The notes: a model not told the origin generated them from the sequence alone. Positions 9,063 to 22,735 are shown, counted from the stretch's first letter. The stretch is DNA of 39,806 bases from an uncultured delta proteobacterium (GCA_963845515.1 CAWJSR010000013.1:1-39806), one strand, 5' to 3'. Made by a program: numbers and translations.

Positions 9063-10058
9063 CTACCAGCGAACGAGCGCGCTCGCCCAGGTGAAGCCGG
9101 CGCCGAACGCGCAGAGCCCCACGAGGTCGCCGCGCCGGACGCCCCTCGCCTCGATCGCCTCGGCGAGACAGAGCGGGATCGAGGCGGCCGTGGTGTTGCC
9201 GTACTTCTGGATGTTGTTGAAGACCTGGTCGTCCCGCAGCTCGAGCGAGCGCTGCACCATCTCGGCGATCCGCATGTTCGCCTGGTGCGCCACCATCAGC
9301 TTGAGGTCGGTGGTCGCGAGCCCGTTGGCCGCGAGCGCCTCGCGCATCACCTCGGGCATCCGGGTGACCGCGTGCTTGAAGACCTTCTGCCCCTCCATCT
9401 TCGGGTAGACGGCCCCCGACTCGATCTGCGCGAGGCTGACGCGCGGCGAGTAGACGGAGCCCGGCGCGTCGCACCAGAGCTCCTTCGCGAAGCGGCCGTC
9501 GGCGTGGAGGTGGCAGGAGAGCACGCCGCGCCCCGGCTCGTCGGACGCCTCGAGCAGCGCCGCGCCGGCCCCGTCGCCGAAGATCACGGCGGTGTCGCGG
9601 CCGCGCGTCGAGACGTCGAGCGCGGTCGACTGGACCTCGGCGCCGACGACCAGCACGCGCCGGTACATCCCGATCCGGATCCAGGCGTCCGCGACGGAGA
9701 GGCCGTAGACGAAGCCGGTGCACTGGTTCCGGATGTCGAGCGCCGGCACGCCCGGGATCCCCAGCTTCGCGTTCAGGAAGCAGCCGTCGCCGGGGAGCAT
9801 GTGGTCGGGGGAGAGCGTGGCGTAGACGATCGCCTCGATGTCGGAGGCCTTCCAGCCGGCCGCATCCAGCGCGCGCTTCGTCGCCTCGAGCGCGAGGTCC
9901 GACGCGCCGGTCCCGGGCTCGGCCCAGCGCCGCTCGCGGATCCCGGTGCGCTGGACGATCCACTCGTCGGACGTCTCCATCCGCGTCGTCAGCTCGGCGT
10001 TGGTGACCACGCGTTCCGGCACGTAGGTGCCGAGCGCGGCGAAGACGGTGCGGGGCAT
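9063..10058 (-). CDS. fabH: 3-oxoacyl-ACP synthase III (FabH family)
   Basis: WIVQRTGIRERR, catalytic Cys in NQCTGF, FGDGAGA, HQAN, GNTTAASIP. SD GGAGG before the ATG at 10058. Confidence 0.93.
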   Translation of the reverse strand: MPRTVFAALGTYVPERVVTNAELTTRMETSDEWIVQRTGIRERRWAEPGTGASDLALEATKRALDAAGWKASDIEAIVYATLSPDHMLPGDGCFLNAKLGIPGVPALDIRNQCTGFVYGLSVADAWIRIGMYRRVLVVGAEVQSTALDVSTRGRDTAVIFGDGAGAALLEASDEPGRGVLSCHLHADGRFAKELWCDAPGSVYSPRVSLAQIESGAVYPKMEGQKVFKHAVTRMPEVMREALAANGLATTDLKLMVAHQANMRIAEMVQRSLELRDDQVFNNIQKYGNTTAASIPLCLAEAIEARGVRRGDLVGLCAFGAGFTWASALVRW

Positions 10059-10072
10059 ACGTCCTCCGGCAT

Positions 10073-10110
10073 CCCCTCGCCCCACCGGGGGAGAGGGAAG
10101 GGTGAGGGGG
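10073..10110 (-). repeat. REP-like palindromic element (CCCTCACCC-type), copy 1
   Basis: Reverse complement CCCCTCACCCTTCCCTCTCCCCCGGTGGGGCGAGGGG has the same architecture as the copy at 20763. Confidence 0.7.
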
Positions 10111-10114
10111 CGAG

Positions 10115-13800
<3,686 letters not shown>

Positions 13801-13809
13801 GAGGCTGGA

Positions 13810-14940
13810 TCAGATCCGCATCGGCATGACGACCGCGGTGAAGCCGCCATCCTTCTCGGCGTCGGCTCCCTTCACGACGCCGGGCGAGAGATCGTTCTCC
13901 ATCTCGATGACCACGTCGTCGCTCTTGACCACCCCGAGGACGTCGGTCAGGTAGCGGGCGTTGAAGCCGATCTTGAGCGGCTCGCCGTTGTACTCGACGG
14001 TGATCTGCTCGCGGGCCTCGCCGAGGTCGGGGTTCTGGGAGAGGACCGTCATCGTGCCGTCGCCGAGCTCCAGCTTCACGGCGTGGGCCTTGTCGGACGA
14101 GAGGAGCGAGACGCGGCGCAGCGTCGTCAGCAGCGCCTCGCGACCGACCTTCACGAAGGTCGTCCCCTGCTTGGGGATCACCTGCTTGTAGTCGGGGAAG
14201 AGCCCCTCGATGAGCCGCATCGCGAGGACGACGCCGGGCCTGCCGAAGATGGCCGCGTTCTCGACGAAGCCGAAGCGTGCCTCGGGCTTCTCCTCGCCGG
14301 ACTCGGTCGCCTCGACCAGGAGCTTCTTCAGCTCGTGCAGCCCCTTGCGCGGGAGGATGACGCCGCGCTTCAGGGCGAAGTCGCCGGGCGCCGCACGCTC
14401 CGAGAGGGAGAGCCGGTGGCCGTCGGTGGCGACGAGCCTGAGCACGCCGTGGGTGGGCTCGAAGAAGACGCCGTTGAGGTTGTAGCGGGTCTCGTCGCTC
14501 GAGACCGCGAAGGACGTGCGATCGATCTGGTCGAGGAGGGCGGCTGGATCTATCGCGACGAAGGGGACCTTCTCGAAGCGGGGGAGGACGGGGAAGTCGT
14601 CGGGGGAGAGCCCGACGATCTTGAACTCCGACGCGCCGCTGCGGACCTCGAGGAAGTTGTTGTGGGCCTTCTTGAGGGTGACGGTCTTCTCGGGCAGCGA
14701 GCGGACGATCTCGTAGAGGTGCTTCGCCGAGACGGCCAGCGCCCCTTCCTTGACGACCTCGCACTCGTGCTCGGACGAGATCGAGATGTCGAGGTCTGTG
14801 GCCGAGACGTGCAGCGTCTTCTCTCCCTTGGCCTCGATGAGGACGTGGGAGAGGATCGGCATCGTGCTCTTCTTCTCGACGATCCCCTGGGAGCGACCGA
14901 GTGCGCGCGCTAGCTCGGGTGCGGCGATCTTCAGTTCCAT
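13810..14940 (-). CDS. dnaN: DNA polymerase III beta clamp
   Basis: MPILSHVLI, ATDL, ETRYNLNG, VATDGHRL, FPDYKQVIP, GFNARYL, VVMPMRI. Confidence 0.98.
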   Translation of the reverse strand: MELKIAAPELARALGRSQGIVEKKSTMPILSHVLIEAKGEKTLHVSATDLDISISSEHECEVVKEGALAVSAKHLYEIVRSLPEKTVTLKKAHNNFLEVRSGASEFKIVGLSPDDFPVLPRFEKVPFVAIDPAALLDQIDRTSFAVSSDETRYNLNGVFFEPTHGVLRLVATDGHRLSLSERAAPGDFALKRGVILPRKGLHELKKLLVEATESGEEKPEARFGFVENAAIFGRPGVVLAMRLIEGLFPDYKQVIPKQGTTFVKVGREALLTTLRRVSLLSSDKAHAVKLELGDGTMTVLSQNPDLGEAREQITVEYNGEPLKIGFNARYLTDVLGVVKSDDVVIEMENDLSPGVVKGADAEKDGGFTAVVMPMRI

Positions 14941-15168
14941 AGGGAGATCCTCTTCTTTTCTTTGATCGAAGTAGTCGTATGGGAGCGAACGATGGGGATA
15001 AGCGGCTGATCGGTCCGAAACGACTGGTTATTTCGATCTGGAGAAGGGCGGGAAGAAAGGCGTTGGCAGGTTGTGTAGCCCGGGCCGTTTTGGGGTGTCA
15101 ACGTCCACCCACATGGGATCCCCAACCAGATCGGTCCGCGATCCACGGACGATCCACCAAGTTCGGGT
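14941..15168. other. Probable replication origin (oriC) unwinding region between dnaA and dnaN
   Basis: Minus strand has DnaA box TTATCCCCA (14993-15001, 1 mismatch), a short GC spacer, DnaA-trio-like TACGACTACTTC (14968-14979) and an A-rich tract. More degenerate boxes (GATCCCCAA, GATCCACGG, GATCCACCA) lie at about 15117-15160. Confidence 0.65.
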
Positions 15169-16566
15169 TCAGGGCTGCAGGTCCTTGCGGAGCTTGTCGA
15201 CCGCCGCCTTGAACTCGGGGTCGGTCTGGATGAGCTCCTTCGCACGATCGACGGCGGAGATGACCGTCGTGTGGTCCTTCTTGTTGAACTTCTCGGCGAT
15301 GGACTGGAAGGTCTCGCCGGCGATCTCGCGGCAGAAGAACATGGCGAGCTGGCGGGGCTGCGAGACCTTCTGCTCCCTGGAGCCGCTCGTGAGCTTGGCG
15401 ACCGTCAGGCCGAAGTGGGCCGAGACGGCCTCCTGGATCTTCTCGATGGAGGGGCGGTAGCCGGGCGGCGGGATGACGTCCGAGAGGACGTCCCGGGCCA
15501 GCGCGAGGGAGATCCGCTCCTTCTTCAGGGAGGAGAAGGCGGCGAGACGCATGAGCGCCCCCTCCAGCTCGCGGACGTTGGAGCGGATATGGGTGGCGAG
15601 GAGCTCGCAGACCTCGGAGGGGAGATCGAACGCCTCGACCTCGGCCTTCTTGCGGAGGATCGCGGCGCGGGTCTCGAACTCGGGGGGCTCGATCTGGACG
15701 CGCATGCCCCAGTTGAAGCGGGAGCAGAGCCGCTCCTCCAGCCCCTTCAAGTCCTTCGGCGACCGATCGCTGGACAGGACGATCTGGACGTTCCGGTCGT
15801 AGAGGTCGTTGAAGGTGTGGAAGAACTCCTCGGCGGTCTTCTCCTTGCCGGCCAGGAACTGGACGTCGTCGACCAGGAGCGCGGCGCACTCGCGGTACTT
15901 GCGCCGGAACTCCTCCATGGCGCCGGTCCCCTTGGAAAGAGCGCCGACGAACTCGTTGGTGTAGCGCTCCGACGAGACGATGGCGACGCGCCCGCCCGAG
16001 CTCTGGCCCAGGATGGAGTTTGCGACGGCGTGGAGCAGGTGGGTCTTGCCGAGGCCGGAGGCGCCGTGCAGGAAGAGCGGGTTCCAGGCGTGGCCGGGCT
16101 TCTCTGCGACCGCCTTGGCGGCGGCGAAGGCGAACTGGTTGGAGCCGCCGACGACGAAGGTCTCGAAGAGGTAGCGGGGGCTCGGGCGCGTGTCGCGGGG
16201 ATCGCCGGCGGGGGCGGGCGGCGCGATCGCGCGCTCGAAGGCGCGGTTCGACGTCTGGGCCGGGAGGCTGGCCGCGGCGGCGGGGCGCGGGGCGTCATCG
16301 ACGGCGAAGGTGATCCGGATGGCCCGCCCGGCGAGGGCAGGGAGGAACTCCTCGAACCAGGCGCGATAGTTGTCCTCGACGAAGTCGCGGTGGAACTTGT
16401 CGGGCGCGGCGACCCGCAGCCTGTCGCCCTCGAGGGCTAGCGGGCGGAGCGCGGAGAACCAGCGTCCATAGAGGTCGGGGTTGAGGCGGCCGCGGAGGTG
16501 TTCGTCTACGCGTGACCAGAAGGAGTCGAGCGGGGATGGGGCGTGTGCGCTCGCGGCGGAATCCAT
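15169..16566 (-). CDS. dnaA: Chromosomal replication initiator DnaA
   Basis: YLFETFVVGGSN, NPLFLHGASGLGKTHL, DDVQFL, EEFFHTFN, NVRELEGAL, KDHTTVISA. ATG at 16566 chosen, since the track ORF is over-extended. Confidence 0.97.
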   Translation of the reverse strand: MDSAASAHAPSPLDSFWSRVDEHLRGRLNPDLYGRWFSALRPLALEGDRLRVAAPDKFHRDFVEDNYRAWFEEFLPALAGRAIRITFAVDDAPRPAAAASLPAQTSNRAFERAIAPPAPAGDPRDTRPSPRYLFETFVVGGSNQFAFAAAKAVAEKPGHAWNPLFLHGASGLGKTHLLHAVANSILGQSSGGRVAIVSSERYTNEFVGALSKGTGAMEEFRRKYRECAALLVDDVQFLAGKEKTAEEFFHTFNDLYDRNVQIVLSSDRSPKDLKGLEERLCSRFNWGMRVQIEPPEFETRAAILRKKAEVEAFDLPSEVCELLATHIRSNVRELEGALMRLAAFSSLKKERISLALARDVLSDVIPPPGYRPSIEKIQEAVSAHFGLTVAKLTSGSREQKVSQPRQLAMFFCREIAGETFQSIAEKFNKKDHTTVISAVDRAKELIQTDPEFKAAVDKLRKDLQP

Positions 16567-16844
16567 TGCTGTTCTCGAGTCTGCGTATGAAATGACGAAT
16601 GGATGCCCGTCGCAGCGCTCGACGGAGAGCGCTGCGCGCTCGTGCTGGAGCGGCGATGAAGACGGAGAGGCCCCTTGCTGCGTGAGGCGGCACGTTAGCC
16701 AAGCTTTGGAGAGAGGATCAAGGGCGTCGTTGGGGTGATCCGACTTGTGGCCGAAAGGACGCGGCTTTTCGGCGGGGTGGTTGACGTAACGTGAAGGGGG
16801 CAGAGGGGTGGTTCGGGGGGGGGGACGGATTCGTCGGTGAAACC

Positions 16845-16873
16845 TTGACAGCGCCCCGCTGATCGGGGAGTTT
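16845..16873 (+). promoter_or_regulatory. Possible sigma-70 promoter of rpmH (very short leader)
   Basis: Perfect TTGACA, 17-bp spacer, weak -10 GAGTTT, 8 nt before the ATG. Confidence 0.4.
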
Positions 16874-16881
16874 CCGGCGCC

Positions 16882-17031
16882 ATGAAGCGGACTTATCAGC
16901 CCAAGAAGATCAAGAAGAACCGTACTCACGGCTTCCGCAAGCGGAGCTCCACTCCGGGCGGGAAGAACGTCCTCAAGCGTCGGCGCGCCAAGGGGCGCAA
17001 GCGGCTTACGCAGTCAGCGCCGCAGAAGTAG
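16882..17031 (+). CDS. rpmH: 50S ribosomal protein L34
   Basis: Translated by hand: [49 protein letters not shown]. Too short for the ORF track. Confidence 0.96.
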   Translation: MKRTYQPKKIKKNRTHGFRKRSSTPGGKNVLKRRRAKGRKRLTQSAPQK

Positions 17032-17033
17032 GC

Positions 17034-17384
17034 GTGACGTTCGGCAAGGCGGCGCGGCTGCGTCGCCGCCGAGAGTACCTGGCGGTGCAGCAGCGCGGAG
17101 CACGGGTCTTCGTCGGTGATGTCATCGTGCTCGCGCTGGACGCAGGTGCCAACGCGCCGCGGATCGGGATCACGGTGTCATCGAAGATCACGAACGCGGT
17201 CGGGCGCAATCGTGTTCGGCGCTGGGCCCGCGAGGCCTTCCGCGCCGTCTGCTCAGAGCTCCCACCGGTCGACCTGGTGGTGATCGGGCGGGCAGGGTCT
17301 ACGACCCTGGGCCTGCAGGGAATGGTGCGCGCGCTGCGCAGCGCCGGGGAGCGCGTTAGGGCCAACGCCGGGGGAACCGGGTGA
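17034..17384 (+). CDS. rnpA: Ribonuclease P protein component
   Basis: [21 protein letters not shown] (RNR motif). Follows rpmH. Confidence 0.93.
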   Translation: MTFGKAARLRRRREYLAVQQRGARVFVGDVIVLALDAGANAPRIGITVSSKITNAVGRNRVRRWAREAFRAVCSELPPVDLVVIGRAGSTTLGLQGMVRALRSAGERVRANAGGTG

Positions 17385-17596
17385 TCGTCCGTCGCGCGCT
17401 CGTGGCGTTGATCCGCCTCTACCAGCGGCTCGTCTCGCCGATCCTCCCGCCGGCATGCCGGTTCCATCCAACCTGTTCGTCCTACGCGGTCACTGCGATC
17501 GAGCGACATGGGCCCCTTCGCGGCACGTGGCTCGCGGCCCGTAGGCTGGCACGTTGCCATCCATTCAATCCCGGCGGCATCGATCCGGTGCCGTGA
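17381..17596 (+). CDS. yidD: Membrane protein insertion efficiency factor YidD
   Basis: [32 protein letters not shown]. Confidence 0.95.
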   Translation: MIVRRALVALIRLYQRLVSPILPPACRFHPTCSSYAVTAIERHGPLRGTWLAARRLARCHPFNPGGIDPVP

Positions 17597-17613
17597 CCCT
17601 AAAGAGGTATAAA

Positions 17614-19252
17614 GTGGGCATCGACAATCGCCGTCTACTCGTCGCTACGGTCGCTTGCATCGCGGTCGTGATCTTCTGGCAGATGCTTTTTGTGCCCAAG
17701 AAGGGTGAGCCGGGGGCCAGGCCGGCGGCCGCAGCTGGGGAGAGCGCCAAGAGCGCGACCGCTCCGCTCGTCGGCGGCGGCACCAGCCGCCGAGGCGGTT
17801 CCGGCCGTGACGGTGGCCGCTGACGCCCCCGAGGAGCAGGTCACGCTCCAGGGCAAGGAGTTCGACGTCGTCATCTCGAGCCACGGCGGCCGCCTTGCCG
17901 CTCTGACCCTCAAGGGTGAGAAGTTCGTCGAGGACAAGAACGGCAAGACCGTCTCGATCGATCTCATCCGCACGCCGAAGGAGATCTCCAGGGCGCTCGC
18001 GGTGGTCTCGACTCCCGAGAACGGCGGGACCGGCGACTTCTGGACCGACGGAGCTGCGCTCGCGCCGATGCGGGTCGTCTCGAAGGACGCGTCGAGCGTC
18101 ACGCTAGAGGGGCGGGCCGGCGCGCTCACGATCCGGAAGACCTACAGGCTGACCAACAAGCCGTACGAGATCGCCCTGGATCTCGAAGTCGAGGGGGCGA
18201 GCGGCAAGGGCGGCGCCGCGCTCCTCTTCGGCGGCCAGCTCCCCGAGGGGGCCAAGACGGGCGGACTGACGAGCGCCCCCTCCATGGACATGTTCAAGCC
18301 GGTCTGCCGCAGCGGCGACAAGACGGAGCGGTTCGACGTCACGGGAGACAAGCCGGGGCACAAGGTTCCGGGGGCGGTGGCCTTCGCCGGAATGGACATG
18401 CACTACTTCGTCGCGGCGCTCATGCCCGCAGCCGTCGGCGGCGAGTGCGAGTTCGTCAGGGGCTCCAGGCCGAAGAGCGGCCTCGTCGCGCTGACCGTCC
18501 CGCTGGAGGCTGGCGCCAGCAAGCGTAGCTTCACGTTCTACGCCGGCCCCAAGGACCTGGACTCGCTGCGGGCGTACGACCGGGGGCTCGACACCTCCAT
18601 CGACTACGGCGCGGTCGCCAACCTGTTCGCGGTCTTCGCGCGGGGGCTGCTGTACGTGATGCGCTGGCTCGAGTCCTTCACGCACAACTGGGGCGTGGCG
18701 ATCATCCTGCTCACCGTCCTCGTGAAGCTCGTGCTCTTCCCGCTGACCTACAAGTCGACGCAGTCGATGAACGCCATGAAGGCGCTCCAGCCCGAGATCG
18801 AGAAGCTGAAGGAGAAGCACAAGGGCGACCGCGAGAAGCTGAACGTCGCGACCATGCAGCTGTACCAGAAGTACAAGGTGAACCCGCTCGGCGGGTGCCT
18901 GCCGATGCTGCTGCAGATGCCGGTCTGGTTCGCGCTCTATGCAGCGCTGCAGACCTCGGTCGAGCTCTATCGCGAGCCGTTCCTCTGGATGAAGGACCTC
19001 ACGATCCACGACCCGTACTTCATCCTGCCGGTCATCCTGGGCATCTCCAGCTTCGCGATGCAGAAGCTCTCGCCGCAGCCGGCTGACAACGCGCAGGCGA
19101 AGATGATGCTCTACTTCCTGCCGCTCTTCTTCAGCTTCATCATGATCTGGGTCCCGGGCGGGCTGACCCTGTACATCGTGGTCAACAACCTGCTTACGAT
19201 CGCTCAGACGCGTGCGATTCAGGCCCGCACGGCCGCCGTCGCCAAGGCGTAA
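17614..19252 (+). CDS. yidC: Membrane protein insertase YidC (frameshift near 17760-17780)
   Basis: N-terminal TM segment (DNRRLLVATVACIAVVIFWQ) from GTG 17614 after SD GAGG in one frame. The rest (YAGPK, NWGVAIILLT, NPLGGCLP, DPYFILP) is in the 17690 frame. Confidence 0.93.
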
Positions 19253-19266
19253 CAAGAGGGCAGACC

Positions 19267-19779
19267 ATGGACGAGACGAATCGCCCGGCGGTGCCCCCGC
19301 CTGCCCACGCGCCTGAGAAGGTGGCGCGAGCGAAGGGCTTCTGCGAGGCACTCTTCCAGAAGCTCGAGCTCTCGGTGACCGTGGAGGTCAAGGAGACGCC
19401 GGAGGCGATCGGCGTCTCGATCCGCCCGGCTCCGGGGTCCGAGGGGGAGATCGGCTCGGCGCTGATCGAGGCGATTCAGTACCTCGCGAACCGGGTGGTG
19501 AACCCCAGCGCCGAAGGGCGCAAGTGGGTGAACCTCGATCTCGGCGGCTTCAGCGACGAGGGAGACCCGGCTGTCGCGGCGATGGCGGCGAGGCTGGCCG
19601 CGTCTGCCGTGAAGATGGGGAAGGTGCTCGCCGTGGCGCCCATCAGCCCGCGTGAGCGGCGACAGATCCACGTCGCGCTGGTCGGGCAGGAGGCGGTCAA
19701 GACGCAGAGCGAGGGGGAGGGGATCTTCCGTCAGCTGCTGATCATCCCGGCGTCGCTTGGCGGGCCGCGCCGGGGTTAG
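19267..19779 (+). CDS. jag: Jag/KhpB-like R3H-domain RNA-binding protein (short form)
   Basis: AIQYLANRVVN, R3H motif PRERRQIH, SEGEGIFR. Syntenic after yidC. Confidence 0.8.
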   Translation: MDETNRPAVPPPAHAPEKVARAKGFCEALFQKLELSVTVEVKETPEAIGVSIRPAPGSEGEIGSALIEAIQYLANRVVNPSAEGRKWVNLDLGGFSDEGDPAVAAMAARLAASAVKMGKVLAVAPISPRERRQIHVALVGQEAVKTQSEGEGIFRQLLIIPASLGGPRRG

Positions 19780-19786
19780 GGGAGCC

Positions 19787-19993
19787 TTGGCCCGGACGAA
19801 GACCAGGCAGGAGAAGCTCTTCGCCGCGGCTGTGCTGCGCCGCTCGTTCGAGCTGCGCGGCGAGGACCACGGCGCGGCCTTCCAGTTCGTGTACGAAGGC
19901 GTCCTGCGGGACCTGGGGCTTGAGGACGAGGACGTCGTCGCCCACCTGCGTGCGCACGCCGCTGAAGTCGAGGCGGCGATCGTCCGGCGCTGA
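19787..19993 (+). CDS. Small hypothetical protein (68 aa)
   Basis: TTG start after a G-rich SD-like run (GGGGAG). GC3-biased codons and fills the jag-rsmG gap. Confidence 0.6.
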   Translation: MARTKTRQEKLFAAAVLRRSFELRGEDHGAAFQFVYEGVLRDLGLEDEDVVAHLRAHAAEVEAAIVRR

Positions 19994-20001
19994 AGGGGCC
20001 G

Positions 20002-20017
20002 CGTTCCACGTGGAACA
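20002..20017. promoter_or_regulatory. parS site 1
   Basis: CGTTCCACGTGGAACA matches the chromosomal parS palindrome. Its last base is the A of the rsmG ATG. Confidence 0.9.
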
Positions 20018-20667
20018 TGGACGACCGATTCCGTAACGCTCTTCGAGATGGCATCGCCGGGCTGGGGCTTGAAGTCCCGGCCGAGTCGCTCACCCTCCTG
20101 GAGCGCTTCGCGGACCGGCTCCTCGCCTGGAACCGCAAGGTGAACCTCACGGCCATCACGGCCCCTGCCGAGGTGGCGGAGAAGCACCTCGTCGACAGCC
20201 TCGCCCTGCTGCCAGACCTGGTCGGCGCGAGGACGCTCCTCGACATCGGGTCGGGCGCCGGCATCCCTGGCGTCCCGATCGCGTGCGTCGAACGCAGCCT
20301 GGAGGTCACCTGCTGCGACGGCGTCGGGAAGAAGATGGCCTTCGTGAAGGCGGTGGTGGCTGAGCTCGACCTCAGGGTGCGGGCCTTTGCCGTTCGCGCG
20401 GACGGGGACCCGGAGGGCGAGAGGCTGCCCAGGGCAGAGGTGGTCGTGTCGCGCGCACTGGCCGACCCCGACCGGTGGCTGCCGCTGGGACTGAACTACC
20501 TCGCGCCCGGAGGGCGCCTGCTCGCGATGCTTGGCCGCGAGGCGGACGAGGCCGCGCTTCGGGCGACTGCCGAGCCACTCGGCCTCCGGCTGGTGGGGAT
20601 CAGACGCTTCGTGCTGCCGGCGTCCCGCGCCGAGCGCGCCGTGGCGCGGTTTGAACTGGTCGGCTAG
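20017..20667 (+). CDS. rsmG: 16S rRNA m7G527 methyltransferase RsmG (GidB)
   Basis: [32 protein letters not shown]. Confidence 0.95.
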   Translation: MDDRFRNALRDGIAGLGLEVPAESLTLLERFADRLLAWNRKVNLTAITAPAEVAEKHLVDSLALLPDLVGARTLLDIGSGAGIPGVPIACVERSLEVTCCDGVGKKMAFVKAVVAELDLRVRAFAVRADGDPEGERLPRAEVVVSRALADPDRWLPLGLNYLAPGGRLLAMLGREADEAALRATAEPLGLRLVGIRRFVLPASRAERAVARFELVG

Positions 20668-20681
20668 CGGAACCTGCTGGG

Positions 20682-20697
20682 CGTTCCACGTGGAACA
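20682..20697. promoter_or_regulatory. parS site 2
   Basis: CGTTCCACGTGGAACA. Confidence 0.92.
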
Positions 20698-20718
20698 CTG
20701 GCCAGCCTACTCACCGGA

Positions 20719-20734
20719 TGTTCCACGTGGAACA
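20719..20734. promoter_or_regulatory. parS site 3
   Basis: Perfect palindrome TGTTCCACGTGGAACA. Confidence 0.93.
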
Positions 20735-20762
20735 CCGAGTTGGCGCCTGACTTTTTGCACCG

Positions 20763-20801
20763 CCCTCACCCCTGCCCTCTCCCGCGGAGCGGGAGAGGGG
20801 G
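20763..20801 (+). repeat. REP-like palindromic element (CCCTCACCC-type), copy 2
   Basis: CCCTCACCCCTGCCCTCTCCCGCGGAGCGGGAGAGGGGG, with hairpin CCCTCTCCCGC/GCGGGAGAGGG. Confidence 0.7.
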
Positions 20802-20953
20802 AGTTCGCTTCGCGAACTTCTTGTCAGAGGTTTGAGGCAGAGTGCCCCCTCGAACGGCCGACGGGTGTATTCCCGGCGGTCGAACTGCCTGAGGGGTGAA
20901 GCTTGAAGATCGACGGTCACGGGGGGCTCCCCCCGACGATGGAGCCAGAATCG

Positions 20954-21733
20954 ATGAGCCGCATCGTCTGCATCGCGAACCAGAAGGGCGGAGTCGGCAA
21001 GACCACGACCGCCGTCAACCTCGCCGCTTCCCTCGCGGCAAGTGAGCGGCGGACGCTCCTCATCGACCTCGATCCGCAGGGAAACGCGGGCTCGGCGCTC
21101 GGAATCAGGCGCGACGAGTCGGACAAGACCATCTACGAGGTCCTGCTCGACGGGGTCCCGCTCGCCGAGGCCGTTCGGAAGACGGAGCTCAAGTTCCTGG
21201 ATCTCGTCCCGGCGTCGAAGCACCTCGTCGGCGCCGAGATCGAGCTTGCCGAGACCGAGGGGCGCGAGTTCCACCTGCGCGACGCCCTCGCCGCCCTTTC
21301 GCACGAGTACGAGTACGTCCTGATCGACTGCCCACCGTCGCTGGGGCTCCTCACCATCAACGGCCTCGCGGCGGCGCAGGGAGTCGTCATCCCGCTGCAG
21401 ACCGAGTACTACGCGCTCGAGGGGCTCGCCGACATCCTGCGGACCATCGACCTCGTGAAGGTCGCGGCCAATCCAGACCTCAAGATCGACGGGATCCTCC
21501 TCACGATGTACCAGTCCAACAACCTCGCCAACCAGATCGCCGACGAGATCCGCCGGACCTTCCCGCAGCAGGTCTTCCAGACGGTCATCCCGCGCAACGT
21601 CCGGCTCTCTGAGGCGCCGTCGCACGGCAAGCCGATCCTGCTCTACGACGTGGCCTCCAAGGGCTGCCAGAGCTACCTCGAGCTGGCGCGAGAGGTGACC
21701 ACGCGCGCGGCTGTGGCCGGAGGTATGCCGTGA
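20954..21733 (+). CDS. parA: Chromosome partitioning ATPase ParA/Soj
   Basis: ANQKGGVGKTT, IDLDPQGNA, IDCPPSLG, EYYALEG, IPRNVRLSEAPSHG. Confidence 0.97.
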   Translation: MSRIVCIANQKGGVGKTTTAVNLAASLAASERRTLLIDLDPQGNAGSALGIRRDESDKTIYEVLLDGVPLAEAVRKTELKFLDLVPASKHLVGAEIELAETEGREFHLRDALAALSHEYEYVLIDCPPSLGLLTINGLAAAQGVVIPLQTEYYALEGLADILRTIDLVKVAANPDLKIDGILLTMYQSNNLANQIADEIRRTFPQQVFQTVIPRNVRLSEAPSHGKPILLYDVASKGCQSYLELAREVTTRAAVAGGMP

Positions 21734-22617
21734 CCATGGCCGAGAAGCGTAGGCCCGCCCTCGGGCGGGGGATGGCAGCCCTCCTCTCCAACGCACCCGA
21801 GCCGGCGCGCGCAGCGCCGTCAGCCGTGGCCGGACGAACGCTCCTCTCGCTACCGATCGAGGCGGTCGAGCGGTGCGCCGAGCAGCCCCGTAAGCGGTTC
21901 GAGGAGGCCAGGCTGGAGGAGCTAGCCGCGTCGATCCGAGAGAAGGGGGTGCTCGAGCCCATCCTCGTCCGCCGCGACGGCTTGAAGTACCGGATCGTCG
22001 CCGGCGAGCGCCGCTGGCGCGCGGCACAGCGCGCCGGCCTCAAGGAGATCCCCGCGATCGTTCGCGAGGCGACCGATCGAGAGGCCTTCGAGATCGCCCT
22101 CGTCGAGAACCTCCAGCGCGCCGACCTGAACGCGATCGAGGAGGCGGAGGCCTACGAGGTCCTGCTGAACGACAACGGGCTCACGCAGGAGGAGATCGCG
22201 AAGCGCGTCGGCAAGGAGCGCTCGACCGTCGCCAATGCCCTGCGGCTCCTCAAGCTGCCCGAGGAGGTGCGCGACGCGGTCCGCGACGGCCGGCTGGACA
22301 TGGGCCACGCGCGAGCGCTGCTGGGGCTCGAGGATGCAGACGCGATCAGGCGCGCGGCCCAGCGCGCGATCCAGGACCGGCTCTCCGTCCGCGCCACCGA
22401 GGCGCTGGTCCGTGAGCAGGCGACCGGCGGCCAGAAGAAGAAGGCCGAAGGTGCCGTCGCCGACAGCCCGGCGATCAAGGACCTCACGCAGCGGCTTCAG
22501 CGCAGGCTCGGAGCGAAGTGCCGAGTGGTTCAGCGCTCGCAGCAGGCAGGCAAGCTCGAGATCCAATACACCTCGCTGGACGAGCTCGACGGGATCCTGG
22601 GGCGGATCGGGGCCTGA
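21730..22617 (+). CDS. parB: Chromosome partitioning protein ParB
   Basis: ALGRGM ParA-binding N-terminus, IVAGERRWRAA, ENLQRADLN, HTH region RSTVANALRLL. Confidence 0.97.
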   Translation: MTMAEKRRPALGRGMAALLSNAPEPARAAPSAVAGRTLLSLPIEAVERCAEQPRKRFEEARLEELAASIREKGVLEPILVRRDGLKYRIVAGERRWRAAQRAGLKEIPAIVREATDREAFEIALVENLQRADLNAIEEAEAYEVLLNDNGLTQEEIAKRVGKERSTVANALRLLKLPEEVRDAVRDGRLDMGHARALLGLEDADAIRRAAQRAIQDRLSVRATEALVREQATGGQKKKAEGAVADSPAIKDLTQRLQRRLGAKCRVVQRSQQAGKLEIQYTSLDELDGILGRIGA

Positions 22618-22735
22618 CGCGCCGCGTCAGCCGCGGGCGGTTTCGGTCGTCGGCGGGTGGACGGAACCCGTCCTCAATGCTAAACGCCCGATCGCGTCGC
22701 GGACGACAACGTCCCGCCGAAAGGACAGGAACGAG

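Noticed and set aside
16815..16824. G10 homopolymer in the dnaA-rpmH intergenic region as a phase-variation tract
   Set aside because: It lies outside the predicted promoter spacer, flanks essential genes, and homopolymer length is unreliable in this error-prone sequence.
16567..16929. 120-aa N-terminal extension of DnaA
   Set aside because: It overlaps rpmH and its promoter region and has atypical composition. The ATG at 16566 gives a normal-length DnaA.
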